Part shown: positions 14,595-26,863 of the stretch, one piece after another
How the letters are laid out: each line of letters starts with the position of its first letter
Position numbering within the stretch: the stretch's first letter is position 1
Assembly: GCF_988242995.1 (NCBI RefSeq)
Contig: NZ_OZ547043.1
Reading direction: 5' to 3' (one strand)
Length of the DNA stretch: 64,000 bases
Made by a program: the position numbers and the translations under genes
The notes under the pieces: model-generated
The model's input: the letters and a program-made list of their open reading frames with translations, nothing else
Databases searched by the model: none
Told to the model about the DNA's origin: nothing

Positions 14595-15290
14595 TTATCC
14601 CGCGGGTGAAAACGCATCTATCACCTTGTGATCGACACCTTCATTCTCCCCCGCCAGTTCGGCACTGAGCTTCGCCATAAACTCGACTAAAAAATGCGCG
14701 TTGTGCTGCGCCAGCTGCTTGCCTCTTGCGGTTTGCATGGTTTGCGGTAGCTTCAGCAACTTAGTCTGGAAATGATCCAGCGCGTAGCGTTTATCATCAA
14801 GCGGGCGATGCTGTGCGAACGGATCTTCACCATCAAACAGCGCCACGCCCAATGCCCCTGAAACGGCAAACACGCGCGCCAGGCCAATCGCCCCCAGGGC
14901 TTCCAGCCGATCCGCATCCTGGACGATTTTAGCTTCCGTTGTTAAGGGGGCGATTTGCGCGCTGAAACTGTGAGCGGCAATGGCATGACAAACGGCCTCG
15001 ATTTTCTCCGCCGGAAATTGCTCGAACTCTTCACGGAGCAGGCGACGCGTCTCTTCTGCCGCCAGGATTGAAGAACGCTGCCTTTGCGGATGATTTTTCG
15101 CCAGGCTCACAATATCGTGAAAATAACAGGCGGTTAAAATCACCAGCATATCGACATCGTCATCTGCCGCCAGCTTCTGTGCCGTAGCCCAGACGCGGCG
15201 AAAATGACACACGTCATGGGCCGCGTCCTGGTGCTGATGATGGTTTTTCAACCAATTTTCGAACTGTGCCTGCCAGTGTTGTAAGTCCAT
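14595..15290 (-). CDS. yedJ: HD-domain phosphohydrolase YedJ
   Basis: 231-aa ORF with an HD motif (...YFHDIV...). Confidence 0.85.
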   Translation of the reverse strand: MDLQHWQAQFENWLKNHHQHQDAAHDVCHFRRVWATAQKLAADDDVDMLVILTACYFHDIVSLAKNHPQRQRSSILAAEETRRLLREEFEQFPAEKIEAVCHAIAAHSFSAQIAPLTTEAKIVQDADRLEALGAIGLARVFAVSGALGVALFDGEDPFAQHRPLDDKRYALDHFQTKLLKLPQTMQTARGKQLAQHNAHFLVEFMAKLSAELAGENEGVDHKVIDAFSPAG

Positions 15291-15329
15291 ACGCGCTCCG
15301 TTGCCAAAGAGCCGCCACCTTAGCAGTTT

Positions 15330-15713
15330 TTATTCATAGCGTCTGCTACGTGCGGGACGAGGTCGGGTGTACCAGGCAATGCTGCCTAACAATGCCCCGA
15401 CCAGAGCCATAAATAAAAATCCGACCAGTGCCCCTAACCACTTTCCCGCGGTAGAGCCTAAATCGCTTTCAAATCCCGACACGGGGGCATCGGGGATCCG
15501 GCTCATCACCCAGATGTAACGCGCCATTGCCCAGACGAAATAGCCACACCATGTATAGAAAGCCCACAAAGCCAGTTTGCCGCCAGGGCTGCGAGAGAGT
15601 CTCTCTTCCATCTTTGTCGAACCGTATTCCATTTTGAGATAACCCGGAAAATTCAGACTTAGTACTATTATGTGATAAAAGTCACATTTTTCCACATTGG
15701 ATGAGCCAGTCAA
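15330..15713 (-). CDS. yedR: Inner membrane protein YedR
   Basis: Small two-TM ORF in conserved position; start codon uncertain. Confidence 0.75.
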   Translation of the reverse strand: MTGSSNVEKCDFYHIIVLSLNFPGYLKMEYGSTKMEERLSRSPGGKLALWAFYTWCGYFVWAMARYIWVMSRIPDAPVSGFESDLGSTAGKWLGALVGFLFMALVGALLGSIAWYTRPRPARSRRYE

Positions 15714-15859
15714 GACTCACTCATTTTTTGAACAAATAGATAATTTTTGCGCAACGGCAGTGAATACAGGAAAAATCGTTTTGAGCGATTTTATTTATCT
15801 TTGATATCGGCTTTATTAATTCATTTAATCAATATATTAGCACTGATTACAATTATACC

Positions 15860-15950
15860 TTTTTATTATTCTGTGTCATGATGCTTACGTTATTAGCCTT
15901 TTATCGTCTTGTTTATATTTTTTGGGCCGGCATGATGCCGGCTTTTTTTA
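15860..15950 (+). ncRNA. rseX: Candidate sRNA RseX, placed by synteny and terminator only
   Basis: Intrinsic terminator GCCGGC-ATGAT-GCCGGC plus T7 at 15926-15949 in the yedR-yedS intergenic region where RseX lies in E. coli K-12; RNA sequence not independently recognised. Confidence 0.35.
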
Positions 15951-16260
15951 TACCTTCATTAATGTGCGCGTGATCACACCAAGTGTTTAGCGCAACAATC
16001 ATTGATACTCCCTATCTTTCCGCTTAACTCATAACATATTGATATACATTTATAATTTTCATGAATATTTATATTTGGAATTCATAATTCTGAATTATAT
16101 TAAATAGATTAGAAACATTTTGAAATCTTTTAAATACATTTGTTACATGTAATCCTTAAAATAAAATGAACTTCATAGAATAGTATCCAAATGTGCTTTT
16201 TTTTGGATAACGGCACTTATTGATATATTCATGAAGATTATAATCACAAGGGAATACATA

Positions 16261-17319
16261 ATGAAAAGAAAAGTTCTGGCAATGCTGGTCCCGGCGTTAT
16301 TAGTTGCTGGCGCAGCAAATGCGGCTGAAATTTATAATAAAAATGGCAATAAACTGGATTTGTACGGCAAGATGGTTGGTGAGCGCATTCTGACCGACCG
16401 TGAAAATGGTGAAAAAGGCGATAATTCTCAAGATACCTCTTATGCCCGTGTAGGCGTGAAAGGTGAAACTCAGATCAACCCTGAATTGACTGGTTACGGT
16501 CAGTTTGAACTAGACCTGGAAGCATCAAACAGACACAACCCTGACCAAACTCGTTTGGCTTATGCTGGTTTGAGTTACAAAGATTTTGGTTCATTCGACT
16601 ATGGTCGTAATGTCGGTGTCGCGTATGATGCAGAAGCATTTACTGATATGTTTGTTGAGTGGGGCGGTGATTCATGGGCTGGTACTGACCTGTTCATGAC
16701 CAACCGTACCAACGGTGTTGCAACCTATCGTAACACAGATTTCTTTGGCATGGTTGAAGGTCTAAATTTTGCTCTGCAATATCAGGGTAAAAATGAAGGT
16801 ACAGGCAACTACAAAGCAAATGGCGATGGCCATGGTTTATCTGTAACTTACACTATTGACGGTTTCTCATTTGCTGGTGCTTACGCAAACTCTGATCGTA
16901 CTGATTTCCAGTCTAGTGATAGTAAAGGTGAAAAAGCAGAAGTTTGGGCACTGTCAACAAAATATGATGCCAACAACGTCTATGCTGCTGTGATGTACGG
17001 TGAATCTCACAACATGAATTCCGACGACGGTGATGTTGTGAACAAAACACAAAACTTCGAAGCTGTTCTGCAATATCAGTTCGACTTCGGTCTGCGTCCA
17101 TCCATCGGTTACTCCTATTCTAAAGCACTGGACGTAGCAGGTTACAAAGATTCTGATCGTCTGAACTACATTGAAATCGGTACCTGGTATTACTTCAATA
17201 AGAACATGAACGTATATACCGCTTATCAGATCAACCTGCTTGATAAGAGTGATTATGTTCTCGCTCATGGACTGAACACCGACGACCAACTCGCATTTGG
17301 TATCGTCTACCAGTTCTAA
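16261..17319 (+). CDS. yedS: OmpC/OmpF-family general porin (YedS type), intact
   Basis: Signal peptide MKRKVLAMLVPALLVAGAANA, porin beta-barrel with C-terminal ...FGIVYQF; start trimmed to ATG 16261. Confidence 0.85.
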   Translation: MKRKVLAMLVPALLVAGAANAAEIYNKNGNKLDLYGKMVGERILTDRENGEKGDNSQDTSYARVGVKGETQINPELTGYGQFELDLEASNRHNPDQTRLAYAGLSYKDFGSFDYGRNVGVAYDAEAFTDMFVEWGGDSWAGTDLFMTNRTNGVATYRNTDFFGMVEGLNFALQYQGKNEGTGNYKANGDGHGLSVTYTIDGFSFAGAYANSDRTDFQSSDSKGEKAEVWALSTKYDANNVYAAVMYGESHNMNSDDGDVVNKTQNFEAVLQYQFDFGLRPSIGYSYSKALDVAGYKDSDRLNYIEIGTWYYFNKNMNVYTAYQINLLDKSDYVLAHGLNTDDQLAFGIVYQF

Positions 17320-17361
17320 TCAGCCAACGCGCCGCGGCGTGTTACTGTAAAACTTAACACT

Positions 17362-17399
17362 AGCCTGAGTTCGTCCCTCATCGAACTCAGGCTTTTTTA
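17362..17399 (+). terminator. Rho-independent terminator after the porin gene
   Basis: Hairpin AGCCTGAGTTCG...CGAACTCAGGCT followed by TTTTTTAT. Confidence 0.8.
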
Positions 17400-17911
17400 T
17401 TGGCATTTTATCTCCCTCTGCGGCACGCGCAATTGCCAAAGCATATCGATACAGTACCTTACCCTGCCCCTGCTGGCACAATAACATCTACCAGCGACTC
17501 ATCCAGCCAACACTCCAAATACATTTCTTTATGAATTAACCCGCAACAAACACGCCTCCCATATAGAAATTTTTGCAAAAAAAGTGCATGGAAAAAGCTT
17601 TTTCTCTACCAATCCGCGATATAAATATTCATCAGTACCACAATATTTCACAGCACTAAATCTCTCCCCGCCGCCCCGTACCTTTGATAATGGTCTAAAA
17701 TCATTGAGGCCACTTGCGACGACGTTGCTCAATAAGGAAAATTTGGCGTGAATAATATTCAACACCAGTGCAGCATCATCATTACATACTTACACCCGCC
17801 GACTACCGCTTTCGATATATTGACTCAATTTTCCAGACTGGTTAAAAATAGCGACCAGCTCAGTCGCAAATATAGTGACTACCCTAACTAAGCAACAATA
17901 AGGAATACACT

Positions 17912-18763
17912 ATGACTGTTCAAACAAGTAAAAATCCGCAGGTCGATATTGCTGAAGATAATGCATTCTTCCCTTCAGAATATTCGCTTAGCCAATATAC
18001 CAGTCCCGTCTCTGATCTTGATGGCGTGGACTATCCAAAACCGTATCGCGGTAAGCATAAAATTCTGGTGATCGCCGCGGACGAACGTTATTTGCCAACC
18101 GATAACGGAAAACTGTTCTCGACCGGTAACCATCCGATTGAAACGTTGCTGCCGTTGTATCATCTCCATGCTGCAGGTTTCGAATTCGAAGTGGCGACCA
18201 TTTCCGGTCTGATGACCAAGTTTGAATACTGGGCTATGCCGCACAAAGATGAAAAAGTAATGCCATTCTTTGAGCAGCATAAATCGTTGTTCCGCAATCC
18301 GAAGAAACTCGCGGATGTTGTCGCCAGCCTCAACGCTGACAGCGAATATGCAGCAATCTTTGTTCCTGGTGGTCATGGCGCACTTATTGGTTTACCAGAA
18401 AGCCAGGACGTAGCTGCTGCTTTGCAGTGGGCAATCAAAAATGACCGTTTTGTTATCTCCCTTTGCCACGGCCCGGCGGCTTTTCTGGCGCTTCGCCACG
18501 GCGATAACCCACTGAATGGTTATTCCATTTGCGCATTCCCAGACGCCGCAGACAAACAAACGCCAGAGATAGGCTATATGCCGGGTCATCTCACCTGGTA
18601 CTTCGGCGAAGAGCTGAAGAAAATGGGCATGAACATTATTAATGACGACATCACCGGGCGAGTACATAAGGACCGTAAAGTTCTCACCGGCGACAGTCCT
18701 TTCGCAGCGAATGCGTTGGGTAAACTGGCGGCGCAGGAAATGCTGGCAGCTTATGCGGGTTAA
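17912..18763 (+). CDS. hchA: Hsp31 glyoxalase III / chaperone HchA (DJ-1/PfpI family)
   Basis: 283-aa ORF MTVQTSKNPQVDIAEDNAFFPSEYSLSQYTSPVSDLDG... Confidence 0.92.
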   Translation: MTVQTSKNPQVDIAEDNAFFPSEYSLSQYTSPVSDLDGVDYPKPYRGKHKILVIAADERYLPTDNGKLFSTGNHPIETLLPLYHLHAAGFEFEVATISGLMTKFEYWAMPHKDEKVMPFFEQHKSLFRNPKKLADVVASLNADSEYAAIFVPGGHGALIGLPESQDVAAALQWAIKNDRFVISLCHGPAAFLALRHGDNPLNGYSICAFPDAADKQTPEIGYMPGHLTWYFGEELKKMGMNIINDDITGRVHKDRKVLTGDSPFAANALGKLAAQEMLAAYAG

Positions 18764-18801
18764 TCCCTGTTACGTATGAATGTAAGCGCATAATCAATCG
18801 C

Positions 18802-18838
18802 AGCCACGTTAATACTCACGACGTGGCTGCGTTTTTTC
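18802..18838. terminator. Hairpin terminator between convergent hchA and hprS
   Basis: AGCCACG...CGTGGCTGC followed by GTTTTTTC. Confidence 0.7.
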
Positions 18839-18870
18839 ATGGTTGATTTATGGCGTACTGAAGCCCTATG

Positions 18871-20229
18871 TTAATTTCTTTGCGGTAACATAATCCGGAA
18901 CACATTATGCTTATTGAGATAGTGATACGTAGCACTTCCCCCATGTAATTCGGCAATCGCTTTGACTAAAGAAAGACCAAGTCCCTGACCTACGGAATGA
19001 CGCGAATTATCTCCCCGCCAAAATCTACGGAAGAGTTTTTCAGGCTCATGAATTTTCGTTCCAGGACTGGCGACATCAATATTAAGATAGCCGTTGGTAT
19101 CAAGAAAACTGGTTATCTCAATACGCGATTTTTCTGGTGAATATCTAATGGCATTAACAATAAGATTCGATAACATTCGTTGCAGTAAAATTTTATCCGC
19201 AAAGATTTGCTGATTGCACTCGACCTTAAAGCAAATCTCTTTCTCGTCTGAAAGGTATTCAAGATAATCCAACAAATTTTCGACTTCCTTATTGAGAGAA
19301 AGCGAGTCCAGTTTCACCAAAACATTGTTTTTATCTGCCCGGGCAAGAAACAGTATGTTCTCTGTTAACCGCGAAATATTTTCCAGCTCTTCAATGTTAC
19401 CGGCAATTGTTTTTTGATATTCAGCGATACTTCTGGTTTGACTGAGCGTAACCTGATTCTGACCCAGTAATGCATTAATGGGCGTTCTAAGTTCATGAGC
19501 GAGATCGTCAGCAAATTGACTTAGGCGTTCAAAATCTTTGACTAAAGCATGATGCATTTTATTCAACGCCTGCCCAAGAGGTTTTAGTTCTCTCGGTAAT
19601 GCGCTAACCTCAACAGGCTCCCGGCTATCGTTATAATTCAGCGCTTCCGTTACACCACTCAACTTTTTGATCTCTCGTAACCCCGTTCGGATTAACAGCG
19701 GACTTAATACTGAGCACAGTATAATGGCGACAATGCAAATTATAATGCTATTGATTTTATACTGTTCAAGCATGTTATGTCTGGCTGAAGCCAATTTAGC
19801 CACAGTAACCGTTAATGATGGCGAAACTTCATCAATATTAATTCGTAAAGCATCTATCTCTGTATCATTAATAATGCTTCTGTAAATGCCAGCTGCGCTG
19901 ATTGTCTCACTAGCAGGTATGTTATTTAACATGCCATCACTGACATTTGTCCGGTTAACAATTTTATTGATGCTATCACCATGAATGATCAAGATATCCT
20001 GACTAACATCCATCATCCGGTTAAAGTACACAGGTAACGTATCTGGATTTACCCCATCAATTAACAACTGCTTGATCTGTGCTGTCCGGTTAATGAGTGT
20101 TGTATCATCGCGCCATTTCAACTCACTTGCCAGGCCATTATAGAGAGTCCAGACAATTCCAGCACCAGCAACAGACAGTAGCAATATAAAAAGCAAGGTT
20201 AAACGGACGGTTATAGACAATCTTTTCAT
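18871..20229 (-). CDS. hprS: Two-component sensor histidine kinase HprS (YedV)
   Basis: 452-aa ORF with TM segments, HisKA (HELRTP) and HATPase domains. Confidence 0.9.
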   Translation of the reverse strand: MKRLSITVRLTLLFILLLSVAGAGIVWTLYNGLASELKWRDDTTLINRTAQIKQLLIDGVNPDTLPVYFNRMMDVSQDILIIHGDSINKIVNRTNVSDGMLNNIPASETISAAGIYRSIINDTEIDALRINIDEVSPSLTVTVAKLASARHNMLEQYKINSIIICIVAIILCSVLSPLLIRTGLREIKKLSGVTEALNYNDSREPVEVSALPRELKPLGQALNKMHHALVKDFERLSQFADDLAHELRTPINALLGQNQVTLSQTRSIAEYQKTIAGNIEELENISRLTENILFLARADKNNVLVKLDSLSLNKEVENLLDYLEYLSDEKEICFKVECNQQIFADKILLQRMLSNLIVNAIRYSPEKSRIEITSFLDTNGYLNIDVASPGTKIHEPEKLFRRFWRGDNSRHSVGQGLGLSLVKAIAELHGGSATYHYLNKHNVFRIMLPQRN

Positions 20230-20900
20230 TATTTTTTTACCGCTACGAACGAATATCCCATCCCACGGATTGTGGCAATTAGCTTTTCAGGAAAAGGATC
20301 ATCAACTTTTGCGCGGAGCCTGCGAATGGCGACGTCCACCGTATTGGTATCACTATCAAAGTTGATTCCCCAAATTTCACTCGCAATAACCGTTCTGGGT
20401 ATAATTTCGCCAGCTCTGGAGGCCAGTAGCCAAAGTAACTGAAACTCCTTGCGCGTCAGTGTAATACTGATATTGTCCCTGCTCACACTTTGACTAACAG
20501 AGTCCATTCTTAAGCCGCTGATTTCCAATGTTGAATTCAAAGCGTGATGTTGCCTTAATTGTGCCCGAACCCTTGCCAGCAACTCAGAAAATGAAAAAGG
20601 TTTTACCAGATAATCATTTGCCCCACTGTCCAGCCCTCTGACTCTGTCATCGACAGAATCCCTTGCAGTAAGGCAAATAACAGGGGTTTGCTTTGCTGTT
20701 CTTAACGTTTGTAAGATCTGCCAGCCATCCATACCCGGAAGCATAATATCCAGAATGATCAATGCATAATCATCCTTCAGCGCAAGATAAAGCCCATCTC
20801 TGCCATCAGAAACGGCATCAATGACATAACCCGCTTCGGAAAGCCCCTGCGTTACCCACTCCTGGGTCCTTTGATTATCTTCAATAAGTAAAATCTTCAT
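20229..20900 (-). CDS. hprR: OmpR-family response regulator HprR (YedW)
   Basis: Start trimmed to MKILLIEDN...; receiver plus winged-helix domains; overlaps the hprS start. Confidence 0.9.
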   Translation of the reverse strand: MKILLIEDNQRTQEWVTQGLSEAGYVIDAVSDGRDGLYLALKDDYALIILDIMLPGMDGWQILQTLRTAKQTPVICLTARDSVDDRVRGLDSGANDYLVKPFSFSELLARVRAQLRQHHALNSTLEISGLRMDSVSQSVSRDNISITLTRKEFQLLWLLASRAGEIIPRTVIASEIWGINFDSDTNTVDVAIRRLRAKVDDPFPEKLIATIRGMGYSFVAVKK

Positions 20901-21032
20901 GAAAATAATATGCCATAAATCATATGTTATAGAAACAGCCTGGTTCATTACAAAATTGTAATGCTGCTGTAAGGTTACCCTGGACGCTTTTTCGCTATCC
21001 TCAAAACTCATTCACATGACAAGGATATAAAC

Positions 21033-21446
21033 ATGTTAAAGCGTTATTTAGTACTCTCCGTAGTAACGGCTGCATTTTCATTACCTTCTTTGGTCTATGC
21101 TGCACAACAAAACATTCTTAGCGTGCACATTTTGAACCAGCAAACAGGAAAACCCGCTGCCGACGTGACAGTCACTCTTGAAAAGAAAGCGGACAACGGC
21201 TGGTTACAACTTAATACCGCCAAAACAGATAAGGATGGACGAATTAAGGCACTGTGGCCCGAGCAAACTGAAACTACGGGCGATTACCGTGTCGTATTTA
21301 AAACCGGGGACTATTTCAAGAAACAAAATCTTGAAAGTTTCTTCCCTGAGATCCCCGTTGAATTTCATATTAATAAAGTGAACGAGCATTATCATGTGCC
21401 TTTATTACTTAGCCAATATGGGTATTCAACCTATCGTGGCAGTTAA
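21033..21446 (+). CDS. hiuH: 5-hydroxyisourate hydrolase (transthyretin-like periplasmic protein) HiuH/YedX
   Basis: 137-aa ORF with signal peptide and C-terminal YRGS motif. Confidence 0.9.
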   Translation: MLKRYLVLSVVTAAFSLPSLVYAAQQNILSVHILNQQTGKPAADVTVTLEKKADNGWLQLNTAKTDKDGRIKALWPEQTETTGDYRVVFKTGDYFKKQNLESFFPEIPVEFHINKVNEHYHVPLLLSQYGYSTYRGS

Positions 21447-21548
21447 TGCATAAATATGTAAAAGCAGATCTCTGCTACTGTTAGGGAGGACACTCCCTGA
21501 CAGATTAACAGTAAACGGCTCTTGCTGGCTAACGACAAAAAAGTGTGA

Positions 21549-22559
<1,011 letters not shown>

Positions 22560-23195
22560 ATGCGTCTGACAGTAAAACAGGTGACATGGCTGAAAGTTTG
22601 CCTGCATCTTGCCGGATTGTTGCCGTTTCTCTGGCTGGTCTGGGCGATCAATCACGGTGGACTGGGTGCCGATCCGGTGAAAGATATTCAGCATTTTACC
22701 GGTCGCACTGCACTGAAATTTTTGCTGGCGACCTTGTTAATCACACCTCTGGCACGCTACGCAAAACAGCCGTTATTGATACGCACTCGCCGCCTGTTAG
22801 GCTTATGGTGCTTTGCCTGGGCGACACTGCATTTAACCAGTTACGCATTGCTGGAGCTGGGCGTGAATAATCTGGCGTTATTAGGCAAGGAGTTAATTAC
22901 CCGGCCTTATTTAACGTTAGGAATTATCAGCTGGGTTATTTTGCTTGCTTTAGCGTTTACTTCAACCCAGGCGATGCAGCGAAAACTCGGCAAGCACTGG
23001 CAACAGTTGCATAACTTCGTCTATCTTGTCGCGATCCTGGCCCCAATACATTATTTGTGGTCAGTGAAGATTATTTCACCGCAGCCACTCATCTACGCTG
23101 GGCTGGCGGTACTGCTTTTAGCCTTACGGTATAAGAAGTTGCTTTCCTTTTTCAACCGGTTACGCAAGCAGGTTCACAACAAATTATCTCTATAA
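22560..23195 (+). CDS. msrQ: Haem-binding membrane subunit MsrQ (YedZ)
   Basis: 211-aa polytopic membrane protein immediately after msrP. Confidence 0.92.
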
Positions 23196-23430
23196 CTTCA
23201 TATTGCCGACAAAGTACGCGTTATCCCTGCCGGATGCGGCGCGAGCGCCCTATCCGGCCTACGCAGATCACATCAGGTTATGTTTCGTTTGTCATCAACC
23301 TCAAATTATCAACATAATTCATTTTATTTCAATAAGATAGATAAGTACACCTGAGAAAACTATGCTCTCATCTCCTAAGAGTTGTTGCATTTTGTAATAT
23401 GTTACAATATAACATTACACATCATATACA

Positions 23431-24102
23431 ATGACTCTGGAGGAAACTGTTTTGGCGATTCGTCTTCACAAACTGGCTGTTGCTTTAGGTGTCTTTATTG
23501 TTAGCGCTCCTGCCTTTTCGCATGGTCATCACTCACACGGCAAACCCTTAACAGAGGTCGAACAAAAAGCTGCTAATGGTGTTTTTGATGATGCCAATGT
23601 ACAAAACCGAACGCTCAGTGACTGGGATGGAGTCTGGCAATCCGTTTATCCTTTACTGCAAAGTGGCAAACTTGACCCCGTCTTTCAGAAGAAAGCGGAT
23701 GCAGATAAAACTAAAACATTTGCTGAAATTAAAGATTATTATCACAAAGGTTATGCAACAGATATCGAGATGATTGGCATTGAGGACGGCATTGTTGAAT
23801 TCCATAGAAATAATGAAACAACATCCTGTAAATATGATTACGATGGATACAAAATACTCACCTATAAATCAGGCAAGAAAGGCGTTCGTTACTTATTCGA
23901 ATGTAAAGATCCTGAAAGCAAAGCCCCTAAATATATACAATTTAGCGATCATATAATTGCACCACGAAAATCATCTCATTTTCACATTTTTATGGGTAAT
24001 GATTCACAGCAATCTTTATTAAATGAAATGGAAAACTGGCCAACGTATTATCCATATCAGTTGAGTAGTGAAGAAGTGGTCGAGGAAATGATGTCTCATT
24101 GA
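23431..24102 (+). CDS. zinT: Periplasmic zinc/cadmium-binding protein ZinT (YodA)
   Basis: His-rich N-terminus [20 protein letters not shown]...; true start is probably a few codons inside the ORF. Confidence 0.9.
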   Translation: MTLEETVLAIRLHKLAVALGVFIVSAPAFSHGHHSHGKPLTEVEQKAANGVFDDANVQNRTLSDWDGVWQSVYPLLQSGKLDPVFQKKADADKTKTFAEIKDYYHKGYATDIEMIGIEDGIVEFHRNNETTSCKYDYDGYKILTYKSGKKGVRYLFECKDPESKAPKYIQFSDHIIAPRKSSHFHIFMGNDSQQSLLNEMENWPTYYPYQLSSEEVVEEMMSH

Positions 24103-24444
24103 GTATTCTCATGATAACGCCTCGATGCCGCTTTAGTAAGTCATCATAACTGCCACTGGTCCATCCACAAACGCCACTGAACGCAAGCTAACTACAGACA
24201 CGCTCATCACTATGACGTGTCTGTATATTAATAAGCTAACCCGCATTGAGTTAACCAATAACGGATTCCATACACAATACGGCCAACAGAGAAAGATACC
24301 TGTGCTCACGCCATTGCTTATATTGGCTGGTTACAATGTGCACTATCAATTTTTTAAATAACAAATTCTTAAAACCACATCTGTATAAGGAATTTTTAAG
24401 GTTCGTGGGATAGCTTGACTGTGAAAATTACAGGAGCTACAAAA

Positions 24445-24975
24445 ATGAACCGATTCTCAAAAACTCAAATTTATTTACATTGGATAACGCTGCTTTTCGT
24501 TGCAATAACCTATGCCGCGATGGAACTCCGTGGCTGGTTTCCTAAAGGTAGTAGTACTTATCTGCTGATGCGAGAAACACATTACAATGCGGGTATATTC
24601 GTTTGGGTGTTAATGTTTTCACGCCTGATTATAAAACACCGTTATAGTGATCCTTCTATTGTGCCACCGCCACCTGCCTGGCAAATGAAAGCGGCTTCGC
24701 TAATGCACATCATGCTTTATATAACCTTCCTTGCACTTCCTCTGCTGGGGATTGCTTTGATGGCTTACAGTGGAAAATCGTGGAGTTTCCTTGGTTTCAA
24801 TGTGTCTCCCTTTGTTACCCCAAACAGCGAAATTAAAGCACTGATAAAAAATATTCACGAAACCTGGGCAAATATAGGCTACTTTTTAATCGCAGCTCAC
24901 GCTGGCGCAGCACTCTTTCATCACTACATTCAGAAAGATAATACTCTGTTACGAATGATGCCTCGCCGCAAATAA
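24445..24975 (+). CDS. yodB: Cytochrome b561 homologue YodB
   Basis: 176-aa four-TM protein starting MNRFSKTQIYLHWITLLFVA... Confidence 0.85.
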   Translation: MNRFSKTQIYLHWITLLFVAITYAAMELRGWFPKGSSTYLLMRETHYNAGIFVWVLMFSRLIIKHRYSDPSIVPPPPAWQMKAASLMHIMLYITFLALPLLGIALMAYSGKSWSFLGFNVSPFVTPNSEIKALIKNIHETWANIGYFLIAAHAGAALFHHYIQKDNTLLRMMPRRK

Positions 24976-25544
24976 GTCGATCCCCTGACAAGGAAATGTG
25001 CACTATGGACATCAACGCGTCATAAATGTTTACGCAAGTGCACAATGCACCCTTTCCACTATCAACAAGGAGGAGCAGAAACTGTGTAAATCGTACAATG
25101 GTAAGACTTATCAAAAATACAGGTTAATTTTGGTATTTAAACCTTTTTTACTTGTTAGTATGATACAAAGGCTTTCAAAAAAGCTGGGAAATTCAACAAC
25201 TCTTGGAAATTATGGACTTTGTCCCGCGGCTTTAATCTGACGGCCGCGTTCCTTTTTTGACTCAATTATTGACCCCTTCTCTACGCAACTTCAGTTCCCA
25301 CCACCAACTTTGCGGCAGTTTCATAGGATGAATGTCTAAAAGAATAATGGTGAGCGATAAGAAAACGACTGAATAACTGCACATTTTCGCTCGAAAGCTT
25401 CCTGTCAGATCCATAGCGAATCAAGTGCTGAATGTCACAGTATCGAACAGAAAACAGTGACGATCTAACCCTTCAAGAATATTCTACGATTGTTCTGTTT
25501 AGGAAAAGCAAGGCGGGAAGTCGGGAGATAAGTCATTGATAAAG

Positions 25545-25634
25545 TGGCGGAGAGAGGGGGATTTGAACCCCCGGTAGAGTTGCCCCTACTCCGGTTTTCG
25601 AGACCGGTCCGTTCAGCCGCTCCGGCATCTCTCC
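25545..25634 (-). tRNA. serU: tRNA-Ser
   Basis: Minus strand reads GGAGAGATGCCGGAGCGGCTGAACGGACCGGTCTCGAAAACCGGAGTAGGGGCAACTCTACCGGGGGTTCAAATCCCCCTCTCTCCGCCA (long variable arm, CCA end). Confidence 0.92.
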
Positions 25635-25727
25635 GTTCAGATGGTTGCCATGATGCCAGGAAATTTGGCATTTTAACAGTCCCTGTCCGTGCAATTTTGT
25701 TCAAGTGACGAGTTTGCGAGCAAAACG

Positions 25728-26525
25728 ATGATTAAGTGGCCCTGGAAAGTACAAGAATCAGCACATCAAACTGCCCTTCCCTGGCAGGAAGCACTATCGA
25801 TCCCCCTTTTAACGTGTCTGACGGAACAGGAACAAAGCAAATTAGTCACTCTTGCCGAACGTTTTTTACAGCAAAAGCGGCTTGTTCCTTTACAGGGCTT
25901 TGAACTGGATTCATTAAGAAGCTGCCGGATAGCACTTCTATTTTGCCTACCCGTTCTGGAGTTAGGACTGGAATGGCTGGATGGTTTTCATGAAGTCTTA
26001 ATTTATCCTGCGCCATTTGTGGTCGATGATGAATGGGAAGACGATATCGGTCTGGTGCATAACCAACGTATTGTTCAGTCAGGTCAGAGCTGGCAGCAAG
26101 GGCCTATCGTTTTGAACTGGTTGGATATACAAGATTCTTTTGATGCTTCTGGTTTTAACCTGATTATTCATGAAGTCGCTCATAAGCTGGACACCCGTAA
26201 CGGCGATCGCGCCAGCGGAGTTCCCTTTATTCCGTTGCGTGAGGTTGCTGGCTGGGAACACGATCTTCATGCTGCAATGAACAACATTCAGGAAGAAATC
26301 GAATTGGTTGGCGAGAATGCGGCGAGCATTGATGCTTATGCTGCCAGTGATCCTGCTGAATGTTTTGCCGTACTTTCTGAATATTTCTTTAGCGCCCCAG
26401 AACTTTTTGCTCCTCGTTTCCCTTCATTGTGGCAACGTTTCTGCCAATTTTATCAACAAGATCCTTTGCAGAGACTGCATCGCGCTAATGATACAGATTC
26501 GTTTTCGGCGACGAATGTTCATTAA
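25728..26525 (+). CDS. mtfA: Mlc titration factor MtfA (zinc aminopeptidase-like)
   Basis: Start trimmed to [23 protein letters not shown]...; contains a HEVAH zinc motif. Confidence 0.9.
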   Translation: MIKWPWKVQESAHQTALPWQEALSIPLLTCLTEQEQSKLVTLAERFLQQKRLVPLQGFELDSLRSCRIALLFCLPVLELGLEWLDGFHEVLIYPAPFVVDDEWEDDIGLVHNQRIVQSGQSWQQGPIVLNWLDIQDSFDASGFNLIIHEVAHKLDTRNGDRASGVPFIPLREVAGWEHDLHAAMNNIQEEIELVGENAASIDAYAASDPAECFAVLSEYFFSAPELFAPRFPSLWQRFCQFYQQDPLQRLHRANDTDSFSATNVH

Positions 26526-26625
26526 TTAACAACTTTGCAGATTAATTAACCAATTGAAATGACTTATGAAATTTAGTGTTGACAGACAAGGTACCGCTAA
26601 GTAATATGCGCCCCGTTCACACGAT

Positions 26626-26701
26626 TCCTCTGTAGTTCAGTCGGTAGAACGGCGGACTGTTAATCCGTATGTCACTGGTTCGAGTCCAGTCAGAGGAGCC
26701 A
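26626..26701 (+). tRNA. asnT: tRNA-Asn (GTT)
   Basis: TCCTCTGTAGTTCAGTCGGTAGAACGGCGGACTGTTAATCCGTATGTCACTGGTTCGAGTCCAGTCAGAGGAGCCA. Confidence 0.95.
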
Positions 26702-26863
26702 GATTCAAGTTTTCATGCTTATCTGTACGTTTATATTTGTTTACGATTCAGTAAGTTAGCGTGAAAATCCTTGCCGGTGCGTATCTGGTTTTATCTCCGC
26801 ATCGGGATAATTTGGTGGTCAGATCTGGGGTCAGTTTGGTTCGATTCTGGAGTGACCCCCAAA

